The notes under the pieces were generated by a model that was given only the letters and a program-made list of their open reading frames with translations, was not told the origin of the DNA and made no database searches. Below, piece after piece: positions 51,801 to 64,000 of a stretch of 64,000 bases of DNA. The stretch lies in NCBI GenBank assembly GCA_051294375.1, contig CM119267.1, positions 22,941,486-23,005,485 on the forward strand. Direction: 5' to 3'. The number at the start of each line of letters is the position of its first letter. The first letter of the stretch is position 1. Both the position numbers and the translations under genes were made by a program. The stretch is from Paraspadella gotoi (Eukaryota > Animalia > Chaetognatha).

Positions 51801-54575
51801 CATGACCGCCTCCTGTCACTGGCATGTTTATACCGGCACCGTCACATTAAGCCAGAACCGGGATCCCAGGGATGAACCCGGGACGCCCGGATGGAATGAG
51901 ATGATTAGCCTGCTCAGCCATTGAGACGAGGCTGAGGATGGACAGCAGTGAGGCAGCTTTAAGTCTTGCTGCCACAGGTCCCCACAGACTTCTCACAGGG
52001 CCTCATCCTGAGGAGATGTCTGAGAGAAAGGTTTTGATCTCATTGCCATAGTCAGAGCGAGCGGCGAGCGAGCGAGCGAGTCTGGGCGTTACAGAGAAGT
52101 AGGGCATAGGCGTGATATGCAATACCCTAAGCGACGTAAGCGTGGGCGCACGGTGCGCAGCGGTTCGTGTTCGAGAGTAGGGCTCACCACTTATTTGGCA
52201 ACGGGAGGATAGCCTGTGATACCCGGGCGCGGGGTATCTCACCAACTGGCGTAGGGCTGCGGACCCTCAGTGACCGCCTCCTGTCACTGGCATGTTTATA
52301 CCGGCCCGTCACATTTAAGCCAGACCGGATACCCAGGATGACCGGACGCATGGATGGAATGAAATGATTTAGCTGCTCAGCATTGAGACGAGGCTGAGGA
52401 CGGACAGCAGTGAGGCAGCTTTTAAGTCTTGCTGCCAAAGGTCACGTTTTCAAATTTTTAAGTTTGGTGATCTGTTGTTGAACAGATTTAGTGATTCATT
52501 ATGAGATAAACTGTGAATACCATAAGGTGAAATAACAAGATTCACGTAGAATACATGACGAGATGCAATTCCATCAGCTTATAACCTTTAGGTACGGGAT
52601 CGATCCCCGAAGGTACCTAACCTGCCGGAAAGCGAGTGGACGGCCGTAGACCGCTTGAGGGCCGTAAACTTGTCCCAAGCCAGGACCCGGATCTATGCTG
52701 CTCCTGCAAGAGAGCTTTAAAAAATTGCGGACGCATTTTTCAGCCCCCTCAGCGCCTAGTCCACAAAATGATATCTTTATTTTTATATTTTTTTTCGAAT
52801 AAATCCGCTCTTGATTCGAACTTACGCCTTTATGAAGTAATCGTGTCTCAAGAAAAAGACAGAAAAACTAATAGACAATTTTGTTGAAAATTGATTATAT
52901 ATATACTTTGCATAATTTGCACAACTTTTAATATCGTTCAATGAGTTAACAAAAAAAGGGAATTGGTATTAATCAAAATAAAACTTGTTAAAAAGACCAT
53001 AGATCATAGGAAAAAAAAACTTTGACTTCGTCTGAGTCCTTCATCGCATTCCTTCACATCAGCATAATTTGTTCCGCGATTCTTCTTTGTTTTGGCAACG
53101 ACTCCAGCTTCACCCGCTCCAGCATTTCGTTCAACTGTCGGTCCACGATTTCGTTTCATTTCCATTGGCGTCACTTTGGCACTTTCCCGCTTTTTCATTT
53201 TTTCGTGCCACTTTTTACATCGAAGTCTTCTCATCGGAATTTTTAAGATATTGATCCGATTCCTCGAAGCTGCATGTTGTACGTCAACGAAAAAAAATAT
53301 TAAAAAAAAGTAAAAATTTGGGTCTCTTTTCCAAAAGCGCCCTATTTCTGTTCCTGAATCACTAAACTTATTTTTATTTTGATATTTTCCCTATTTTACC
53401 TAATCTTAACCCTGATTTTTAGCCCTAATCCCCAACCCTAATCTAATCTTTAACCTAACCCCTAAGCTTAAACCTTAACATATTCTCTAACCTCAATCTT
53501 TAATTTAATTCTTTAAACTGAAATCTTAACTAATTCTAATTCAAGATGAAATGGGGCCTTCTGGGGAAATGAGACCAAAATTTTACGTGACATTTTAAGC
53601 GAATAATATTTAATATTTTAATAATTACCTGTCGCAAAAACTGAAGCCCTCTCGTCGGAACACTCGACCCCTCCACCGCTCCAACTGCTCGACCGCTCTC
53701 TTGCTCAACCCACTCAACTGATCCAACTCTGAATTCAATTTTCTCATTCTTCTCAACCCGAGATTTTTCGTATCAGTTTCTCCGATTCATTTTTCTTTTT
53801 TTTCTTTCTCTTTCAAATTCCGTTTTTCTCTCTTTATTCTGTTTTTTCTCCAATTTGATGGCAACGTTGAGTTCGTCTATTCGTCTTCGTCGTCCGACAT
53901 TGTTGACATCGGAGTTGGAGATGGTCGTGATGCGATCAGATTGTCTCTCGCCATAATGTGGGATTAGGGTCGAATGAACCAATTTGCAATAAAAGTTTAA
54001 AATTTGGGGTTCGAAGACGAATTCGCGACTTTGGGACTTTCGATCTTCTGCAAATAAGCCTCAGAGGAACTAATGTTGATTCAAGATCTTTTCAGTAAAA
54101 TCCTTTTGAAATTTTATCGAACTGATCTTTGTTTCAGCGATCGAGTGTAATTCGATGATAAGGACAATTCCACCTTTCAGTTTAAGATTTATTTAAAGAT
54201 TCGCAGATTAGTGATATAAAAAGAATATAAGATATATTAAAGTTATAATATTATAGTTATATATATATATATAGTTATAACTTATATGTACGTAGTTTTT
54301 TTCCGATCTGTGCTCCGATCACCCAATCAAATATTCTTTTACAGTCTGATATATAGTATAATATTTATATAAACCGGTGTGATAGGAAAGTAAAGCGATT
54401 AACATTTTTCGTTATAGCTCAAATCTACGATCGAAAGTAGTTTTTTAAGTGTAATTAACGAATTATACTACTCTGATTAACTTTGCATCTACTCTACAGT
54501 GAATTTAAATTTTAAAAATATAAATTTAAGACAATAATGATATCATCACGATGAATAAAACTCATTCTTCTCTCT

Positions 54576-54649
<74 letters not shown>

Positions 54650-55186
54650 TAAATCAACAACCGCTCCTCAGGGAGGTGCATCGACGGCGCCTTGTCGGCG
54701 AATCGTCGTCGGCGGCGGCGCCCGTTCGACGGGACGAAACCCGCGCGCGCCGACGCGACTCTAAAGGACGAAAGGGCGCGCCGCTGGAGTGGCGATGGGC
54801 GCGGACGAGCGGATCGCGACGGGCGCGTGGATCCGCGGACGTTGCGGCGTCTGCGACGTCGGCGTCACAGCGGCGTCGGCAGAAGAATATGTCGTCGCCA
54901 TCTTTAATTTGGGAGACTAAGAATGAAAAAAAATCATTCAGAATAATTTAGAAAATTAAGTTTAAATGCAATCAATGTAATTGTTGTCCATTCATTAAAT
55001 GGAATAAGGTGGGATAATTAGATAGCATGTCCCTGCATGTCACTGTCACTTAAATATTAAGACGTACGAAAAGTAATATCGACATTATTAATATTATAAT
55101 TAATATTATTATAACGGGTTTACTAACATATTAAAATATCACTTTTATTCGTTTCAGACAAAAAAAAAAGAATTTTGGGAGAAACG

Positions 55187-55272
<86 letters not shown>

Positions 55273-55386
55273 GAAATTTTCCCCGATCAATATTGAGGTG
55301 GTAAATTTTAGATGAAGTCAGATCTGACCCACTAATGGTGCAACCGGCGCGAGCCTCTTCCCTTCGACAGATTTATAATTTTTTGT

Positions 55387-55454
<68 letters not shown>

Positions 55455-55821
55455 AGAGAAGAGAGAGAGAGATGAAGAGAGAGAATTATTACTTTCCTTT
55501 AATTACCTTTAATTATTTTGAAAATCGAGAGATCGAAAAAAAGATAAGTTTGATTTTCGCTCGCGAGATGAGACGACGTCATTCGGAAAAAAAAGAGAGA
55601 GCAGAGACAGAGAGAGAGAGAGCGAGAGGGGAACGCGCGCGCGCGCGGAGTAAATGTATTTTTTGTCTCTAAGAAGCGCGTGAATTATACAGAAAGAAAA
55701 GGAAGGAAAGGAGGAAGAGCGATGCCGTGTGATCCTTGCGGAAGAGGAAGAGAAATGGAGGATGAAGAGTTCGGAGGAACGTCCTTCTTTTTTTGGTTCG
55801 AATGATTGTTTCCGATTCGCG

Positions 55822-55858
<37 letters not shown>

Positions 55859-56209
55859 AGACGACGACAACGGCGATGAGGGGTGAGAAACAGCGATGAT
55901 TTCATTGGAATTTAATTTCGTTTATCTCTTTTTCTTTTTTTTTTTTAAAATTCTTATATCTTATTTTTAATAAGGTTACTTTCTAATAATTCCTTTTTCT
56001 TTCTTTCTATCTTTTTCTTCAACATAATGGCATTCTTCTAAAATAAACGCTTCCTTACGATCATTTATGATATTAAGTATTATAAGTATAACGGTGAATT
56101 CCATTGTGCCACAGTGAATCGACAATGCGACGGAAAAGAACAACTCCCTTTTCCTTCGACGCTCGATCCTGATTCACCTCTCAACATCAATTATTCAACC
56201 TTTTCATTA

Positions 56210-56296
<87 letters not shown>

Positions 56297-57150
56297 CTCT
56301 CTCTCGCCAAAAGGACAAAATGGGAATAGTGCTTGTTCCACTCGATCAATCATCCAATCTATTAATCTTTCGCTAATTTCTAATACGAATTATGACAATT
56401 TTCGCATATTACAGTCTCATTGACGAATTACGACAACAAAAAATCACGCCTTATCTTCTCGACGCGCCATTTTTTTAGGATTTGTGCTCCCTTTCATATA
56501 AACTCTTTAATGAAATTGCATATTGTAGATTTTGAACTTCATTTCTACTTGATAAAAAAAAGAAAACTAGATGAAGAAAAAAAAAACGATTAAAATTAAA
56601 AATGAAAAAATATTTTTGAGACATGAATCGCCGGCGAGGATTCGTGATGAAAAGGTATGATCGAGAAATGGGTAAGGATATCGAGGGTAAGGAATCGAAG
56701 TGAGGTTGCAGGAAAGAATGAGAATTAAAGTGAGAAAATCTGTGCTTACGATCTTCAGTATTTCTATAACCTAGAAGCTTGTTAAATCAATGTGAGCGAC
56801 GCATGTAAATTATCATTCTTTAGTAAACAACTTAATGGGCAACGTTTTAGAAATGCAGACTAATTAACATAAAGTTGACAGCTAAATCAAGTTTATCGTC
56901 CTGGTGTTTAGAGTTTCTTTTAAGAAAAACCAACCTGGGAAAAAAAAAAGTTTTCATTCAAAAGTTTTGCTATCGTCTTATAACTTTACTCATTAACAGA
57001 CATATTAACAGACATATTATTAACTCGTTCTATTAATCTCTTCTTTAAAATTGAGATTTCTAAAAGTATATAATCAGGTTTAAATCCATGGCTTGCAATG
57101 GAAGTATACAGATTTAGAGAAAATCCGTTAGAAGCATTTTAAACATGCTC

Positions 57151-57210
<60 letters not shown>
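48889..57210 (-). pseudogene. Tandem, indel-rich second copy of 41228-48863 (eve exons 1 to part of 7 plus upstream DNA); probable alternate haplotype/artefact
   Basis: Colinear with the first copy in exons, introns and microsatellites. The homeobox at about 49668-49828 has several 1-bp indels. The copy starts mid-exon exactly at a 25-N gap. Confidence 0.88.
51726..52438 (-). mobile_element. Miniature non-autonomous LTR retrotransposon (TRIM-like)
   Basis: Two direct repeats of about 250 bp (51726-51976 and about 52194-52438) with TGGCA...TGCCA inverted termini and about 217 bp of non-coding interior. 4-bp TSD AGGT (51722-51725 and 52439-52442). The empty site tttaaaAGGTcac is at about 44088-44100. 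On the minus strand a PBS-like TGGTGAGCCCTAC follows the 5' LTR. Confidence 0.85.
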
Positions 57211-57913
57211 GCTCTTCTTCAATTTTGTCCTGCATCCCGTAAAGAGTTGACATCTGATCTAATCATATTCGATAATGAGTTTAAACGACAACCAAACCAA
57301 CAAGACTTCCATTTTTTCCCTTTCTTCCCCATTTTTTTCGTATTTATTTTTTCTGCTTCCGTTTCTAATCTATTCCTTGAATTCTTTGCTTTGGTTTTTT
57401 TTTTCCTTTTTTTTTTGCTTTAATTATTTCTCCAGATTAATTTGATTTTTTTTTTCTGGCGTAATGTTTAAAACTAACCCGATTCCAAGTGGAGAATAGC
57501 ACGGTTAACGTTATTGATCGGGTGACGAAAGTATTTAAATTCGAGATCACGGACCGATTTTCGCCTTCGGCCTGGACGGAAAAAAAGCCTGATGGATTAA
57601 ATACCACCGCATAGACAGGGTGTGACTACTATAACTACAGTGAGACGTCCCGCTCTCAGGGCATCACTGGGCAGTTTCTCGGTCGTTTTACAAAATTTGC
57701 ATAGAAACCAAACATTGTTTCGCTTTTTCTTATTTGTGTTGCCCCTTCGTCTTCTCCGTTTGTAAAGTTATCAGCGAGAAAGAGACAGCGCAAGAATATG
57801 TCACCTTCGAAGCAATGTCAACGTCAAAAGAGAAAGGAATTTCTCGTCGTAACAAAAACATATTACTTACTATGCATCGTGGAAAGTAATATGGAATAAA
57901 GCATCTCGTATAC

Positions 57914-57950
<37 letters not shown>

Positions 57951-58270
57951 CAACTTTTCCATATAGGCGATTGGCCTTTTTTCTCTTTACGTTATCGCGT
58001 ACGGCTTTCTTAGTAGCGTCGCTCGAAGTAGTAAGACTTCGGCCTAATGAATGACTTCGCCTATGACGGTTTGACGACGACGAAGAAGATTTTTCATCTT
58101 GGTGTCTTCGTTTTCGTCGTTTTCATATCCATCCTCTTCCACCCCTCCTAATAAAAATCCTTATTTGTCATCCATCCGACGTCCACCGGTTATTAAATGG
58201 AAATACGCATCTCATTAATTCGCCTTCGACGCTTTTCATTTAAGAAGTGGAAATATCCAGGTCGTTTTCA

Positions 58271-58302
<32 letters not shown>

Positions 58303-58307
58303 GTCGT

Positions 58308-59213
58308 NNNNNNNNNNNNNNNNNNNNNNNNNNNNNNNNNNNNNNNNNNNNNNNNNNNNNNNNNNNNNNNNNNNNNNNNNNNNNNNNNNNNNNNNNNNNN
58401 NNNNNNNNNNNNNNNNNNNNNNNNNNNNNNNNNNNNNNNNNNNNNNNNNNNNNNNNNNNNNNNNNNNNNNNNNNNNNNNNNNNNNNNNNNNNNNNNNNNN
58501 NNNNNNNNNNNNNNNNNNNNNNNNNNNNNNNNNNNNNNNNNNNNNNNNNNNNNNNNNNNNNNNNNNNNNNNNNNNNNNNNNNNNNNNNNNNNNNNNNNNN
58601 NNNNNNNNNNNNNNNNNNNNNNNNNNNNNNNNNNNNNNNNNNNNNNNNNNNNNNNNNNNNNNNNNNNNNNNNNNNNNNNNNNNNNNNNNNNNNNNNNNNN
58701 NNNNNNNNNNNNNNNNNNNNNNNNNNNNNNNNNNNNNNNNNNNNNNNNNNNNNNNNNNNNNNNNNNNNNNNNNNNNNNNNNNNNNNNNNNNNNNNNNNNN
58801 NNNNNNNNNNNNNNNNNNNNNNNNNNNNNNNNNNNNNNNNNNNNNNNNNNNNNNNNNNNNNNNNNNNNNNNNNNNNNNNNNNNNNNNNNNNNNNNNNNNN
58901 NNNNNNNNNNNNNNNNNNNNNNNNNNNNNNNNNNNNNNNNNNNNNNNNNNNNNNNNNNNNNNNNNNNNNNNNNNNNNNNNNNNNNNNNNNNNNNNNNNNN
59001 NNNNNNNNNNNNNNNNNNNNNNNNNNNNNNNNNNNNNNNNNNNNNNNNNNNNNNNNNNNNNNNNNNNNNNNNNNNNNNNNNNNNNNNNNNNNNNNNNNNN
59101 NNNNNNNNNNNNNNNNNNNNNNNNNNNNNNNNNNNNNNNNNNNNNNNNNNNNNNNNNNNNNNNNNNNNNNNNNNNNNNNNNNNNNNNNNNNNNNNNNNNN
59201 NNNNNNNNNNNNN
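58308..59213. other. Sized assembly gap (906 N)
   Basis: N run flanked by (GTC)n and CT-rich sequence. Confidence 0.99.
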
Positions 59214-60091
59214 NTCTCTCTACCCTCACTTCCTCATTCGCTTCTCTCTTCAAAAAGTCAAATGATGGTCGGAACTACGAACTTCTTTTCAACGCCTCCG
59301 CCGCGGGCGTCACGCCACCCAAGCCGCCGTCAAGCTCCCAGTCCCCACGCTGCCGCCGCTATTATACTTGACCTCATAACATATGTTTTATGAAGATTTT
59401 ACTATTGAATTTTTTTATTTTATTTAATAAAATAATTAAAACAGAGAATCCAAAATGACATAATGACATAAAATGACGTAAAAGACTTAGTGACTAAAAT
59501 GACCCAAAATTGAATTGGTAAACTTTTTTTTCTTCTAAATAATATTATTTTTATTTTTAAAAACAGAAAACATCAAAAACTTTTATTTCTAAAGAAAACT
59601 GATCTAGTCATACGTACGTGCATCATCAGCTCGGAAAAAAATTTATGTCTCTAATAGCGACATTCGTCGATCTCGTTGAGGAACATGACCTTCACAATCT
59701 CATCTCCACATCGCCGCCATTTTGAGAAAAATTCACAGCAGAAAAAGCGACAACGAATCTAGACTGAGTTTGTGTAAAACAGCCCTGGAATTTTTAGAAC
59801 ATAGAAAGTTTTTACACTGCCAAAAATTAGAATATTATATACCCATAATCGATCGCAAAATGAGGGACTACAATATGCAAATTAGATTAACGTTCGCAAA
59901 AGAGTAATGTCAAAGAAATAGTAGAAATGATTAATTCCATTTAAATATTACAATCACGCATTCCTTCACACAAACTCCAGTCACACTTGCCTCTTTCACC
60001 AACTCCTGCGACAAAAACCTTTCTCTTCCCTCACTTTTTCCTCATCAGCTTTTAGGAGGAAAAGCCTTAAAGCGTTTTGGCTTTTTTATGG

Positions 60092-60133
<42 letters not shown>

Positions 60134-60195
60134 CTTTCTTTCTTTTTCTTTGTTTCTGTTAGGTTTGTTTCGTATTCTTTCTGTTTCTTTATGAA

Positions 60196-60289
<94 letters not shown>

Positions 60290-60450
60290 GCAACTCTTTT
60301 GCAAACATTGGTTGTCTCTCCTTCCTTCCGTTTCCTCGTTTGAGGAAGAGGATGTCCTCTTATTTATTGCAAATTGGTTCAGCGCCGCAAATTGGGGGGA
60401 AACGGTCTGCAGGGGCCTTCAACTCTGACAGACATAAGGACCCCCTTTAA

Positions 60451-62529
60451 AACCAATGGATAATTACTATTTTAATCATTCTCTCTTTATTAGTATTTCC
60501 TTCCACTTTTAAGAGCAGCGTTTTTCTTGCTTTTTTTTTATAAATTAACCGGTGCCTTTTTCTAACTGTCCTACGGAAATTATTCATGTATATTGAATAA
60601 TATTAACTAACAACTCTCAATAAAAACTAACAAGAAAAACGAAAAGCGAAGACCCCTTCTAGTGTNNNNNNNNNNNNNNNNNNNNNNNNNAAAAAAGGAG
60701 AGGAGATAATTAAATTAAATGTGTAGTTAATTTACCGATAAAAATTTAAAATATTTTCACGTTCAATGCAGACAAACAAAGTGATAGTCTTAATTTAAAC
60801 CGGACAGTCGAGCGCTGCTCCGAAATAAAGCAGATTAATCACAGTAACATACCCGTAATATTCCACGGGTCGACTCTGTGATAATAAAGTTTAGACAGGA
60901 TCAATCACTGTGACATTGTATAACAGGTTTTTAACACTGTTATGTTCCGTAAACAGCGTTCTAGCGCTGTTTGATATTTTAAAATAATAAAAACACATCG
61001 GGTCCGAGCGCCGAGCGTCGATCAAGTTCAATTTTGATCGTTTTTTAAATTTAAATTAAGACACAACAGTTCTGATCCGTGTTTGCCGTTATATATTAAA
61101 TATATAATTTCTGTTTCTTCTCTTAAACAACAGCTTATATTAATTTATTTAAATTTCCGCTGAGCGGTCGGGTCGGACACGGACCCGAGATTAATCAATA
61201 TAATAGCGGTCGGATTTATTCCAACAACGTAATAAAATAATAATTTACCAGGAACGTCCGCTGGGTAATGCATTTAGTTTACGGGTTTCAATACCGTACA
61301 GAAAATATAACGGATTTAGACCCTCTCGAATTTCTTATCACACGGGTTCAAGCTCGCGTGTTTTAATTTAGAGAGACAGGATATCGACAGCTGTCTATAT
61401 TTAAATATTTAAACGGATTTAATCTCGTTTCATCACTGCGCATTCAACGAAATAAATTACACTTAAAAACAGTAAGTAACCATTTAATGTAGAACGAAAG
61501 AGGAAGTAAGGATATACGTACCAGTCTTCACGGGGAAATACATCGGCTCGTAACTCATCTCGTTGCCGATCGCTTGAGTTGAGAACGAAAAATATTATTT
61601 TTCTGCAATCATGCAGGTCATCTTCGAATAATGAGACGAGGACTGGAAGAATTTAACAGATTTATAAATTAAATTCACGAAGCACGGAAAAATTGAGGAA
61701 TAAAAGCTTTTCAATGTCCGATTAAATACCGTGAGTGGAGACTTTTCGAGTGCTAAGTGAATAATACTAAGGAAATGAAGTCGAGGAATTGCTGTTAACC
61801 AATTCGGTGAGTTGTATTAATGTAGTAGAGTAAAAGTACAAGAAGTCGATGAGGAGTAGGGTGAACAAGCATGAAGCAAAAAAGATTAAATGCAATAACT
61901 AGCGAATCGAGCAATGTTATAATAATTAGCTTAGCTATTTAATATAAACAGTAAGAATTCCATAATATTTACTAAACTATTTAATAACCTACTTGTATGA
62001 CCCTCGGATCTCACAAGTACCAAAATAACCTAAAATAATACGGAGGAACGGAGAACGTCGATCGAGAGGAAAGCAGAAAACTGAATGCCATGGAGGCACG
62101 AGCAGCGTCCGCGAAGGAGGAAAAGGAGGAGAAGAGGAAGGAATATGGAAAATAGGAGAGGAAGAGGAAGAGACGCGAAGGCGCGATCAGAGAGGAGCGC
62201 GAGGAATTCTTGAGAATCATATGCAAACGATAGGGAGAATCGAGGAGGAAATTGAAATAATACCAATAACTTAACATCGTTAATGAAGGTTCGGGAAGCG
62301 CCGTGAAAGGTTTTAACCAATAATTACTAATTTTAATCATTCTCTCTTATTAGTATTTCCTTCCACTTTTAAGAGCAGCGTTTTCTGCTTTTTTTTTAAA
62401 TAAACCGGTGCGTTTTTCTAGACTGGTCCTACGAAAGTTAATTCATGTATATTGTATAATTATAACTAACAAACTTCTCAATAAAAACTAACGAAGAAAA
62501 AACGGAAAAGCGAAGACCCCTTCTTATGT
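60451..62529. repeat. Direct repeat of about 210 bp (60451-60665 and 62315-62529) spanning a 25-N gap (60666-60690)
   Basis: taattacta.ttttaatcattctctc...cgaagaccccttct occurs twice with indels. Confidence 0.85.
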
Positions 62530-63348
62530 GTCCTTCTTCTTAAAAGAAAGCACTCATTTTCAGGTGGAATTAGTTGGTGTCATCAATTTGAGTCTAAACC
62601 GCCAATGATCTCCTTTGTCAAAAAACCCTTCTCGTTCCAGCCAAATGATCGGCTTCTCTAAATCGCATTTCTGCATCGCTTTTGTCTTAAACCTTGGATC
62701 GCTTTTCTAAATCACCTTATCTTCTTAAGTTCATTTCTCGCTCTACTTATCGCTTCCTGAACATGTCCTATCTCCCAGGTAAATAATAATCTTTTTAATT
62801 TAATCCTACATCGCTCTTCTATTCGCTCTTCCTCCATCTTCCCATCGCCTTTCTTAATCGCTCTTCCATCTCACTCCTCTTCCTCTCTATATGCCAAGAA
62901 TCGCTCTTTCAAACTCGATATCCTCTCGGCTTAAAATCAAACCAACCGCCTTACGCTCATTTGCATATAAGGAGTATTTCGAGCTTTGTTTTAACTTCAA
63001 AGGAAAAGCGAAAGAGGAAGAACGGAGATATTTTTTTCCTCCGGTCTCGTAAATTTGAAAACGTTTTAATGGAAGATAGAAAATAGAAACTACGTGGGAT
63101 TTTGGGTGTGCATCGTTAAGTTTCAGAGAAGGAAATAGAAACTGGATAATTCAATTAAGCTAAACTTAATGATTTTTCATAGGAAAACTTAAAATTTATT
63201 TTTTCTTAGCTAGAAATATTTTCCCTAGAATATTGAAACTGCTAAATTGGATAATTTTGTATAATATGAAAAAATCTAGAAATTAACTCTTCAGTTAGAT
63301 TTCACAATTCTTCCTCAAGACTCAAGTATGCTGTAAAGTCGTCCAACC

Positions 63349-63639
63349 TTACGTACTGCCCCCTGTTTTCAGAAAATAGTAAACTTTTAAACGTGAAAAC
63401 AAAACAACAACGATTTCTATTTCCTCCCTCGTCGAGAGAACGAAGCTTTTCTTTCTAAACGTTACTCTAATAACGACGAGGAAGAGGAAGAGGAAGAGGA
63501 GGAGGAGAAGGCGATTTGAAGAGTTTGGAATGAGAATGAATGGCGACAAGTTGGCATCTGAGTCTCGGCGTTCGAAGACATGAAATGGGTGAAGCTTTTC
63601 GCTTCCTCCTCCTCCTCCTCCTCCTCCTTTCGGCTCCAT
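63349..63639 (-). other. Possible first exon of an unidentified gene (MEPKGGGG...[15 protein letters not shown])
   Basis: GC-richer island with an ATG, a hydrophobic stretch and candidate donors (gtaacg near 63460, gtaagg near 63350). Much of it is simple repeat, so support is weak. Confidence 0.2.
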
Positions 63640-64000
63640 CTTCGGGTCTGATTTGTGATCGCCATTTCCGGTTCGGGTCAAAGGAACGCTTACGATGCGC
63701 CGACGAAGACGACGACGACGAAGAAAACGACGACGATGCATGAAAGATCGAAAGATAAACAATAATTTATGTTAGTTAAACCATGTATGTCGAGAAATTG
63801 CGTTAGATGTGTTTGATTACTGTTTTATAGAAAAATTATAGAGGTATTCGAATTTTCTTCTTCAAACTGACGTATTACCTGACTAAATGTCATTTCTTTC
63901 CACTTCTTTGCCTTCTGTACTGAACCTTTACCCCCGTTTTATCCCCCGTCCTTTACCCCCTTTCCCCCTCTCTCCTTCCCCACCGGGAATCCACTCAAAA

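Noticed and set aside
51930-52045. CTGAGGA...GAAA as a hammerhead ribozyme core (retrozyme hypothesis for the TRIM)
   Set aside because: The LTR CTGAGGA has no following GAAA, and the interior candidate cannot form stem II; no credible fold by eye.
58197-59393. ORFs of 337-398 aa
   Set aside because: They read through a 906-N gap.

Overview
Animal (probably protostome) genomic DNA with GC/CpG-rich exons and very AT-rich introns. It holds a 5'-truncated, about 37-exon Fat4/fat-type giant cadherin gene (+, 11689-39182). That gene converges tail-to-tail on a complete 8-exon even-skipped/Evx homeobox gene (-, 46582-40469, 652 aa by hand translation). One Fat intron carries antisense tRNA-Arg(ACG) and initiator tRNA-Met genes. 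Eve intron 1 carries an unexplained two-exon coiled-coil ORF. Two large indel-rich duplications abut 25-N gaps: an inverted copy of Fat exons at 1-10670 and a tandem copy of most of eve at 48889-57210. Both are most likely uncollapsed haplotypes or gap-filling artefacts, and the second contains a presence/absence miniature LTR retroelement (TRIM). The most striking unexplained signal is a transcript-oriented sawtooth: many exons begin with C-ending codons and end with G-ending codons, continuous with C-rich acceptor flanks and G-rich donor flanks. A 22-bp octamer-containing motif also recurs across non-coding DNA. All exon coordinates were read by hand and may be off by a few bases.
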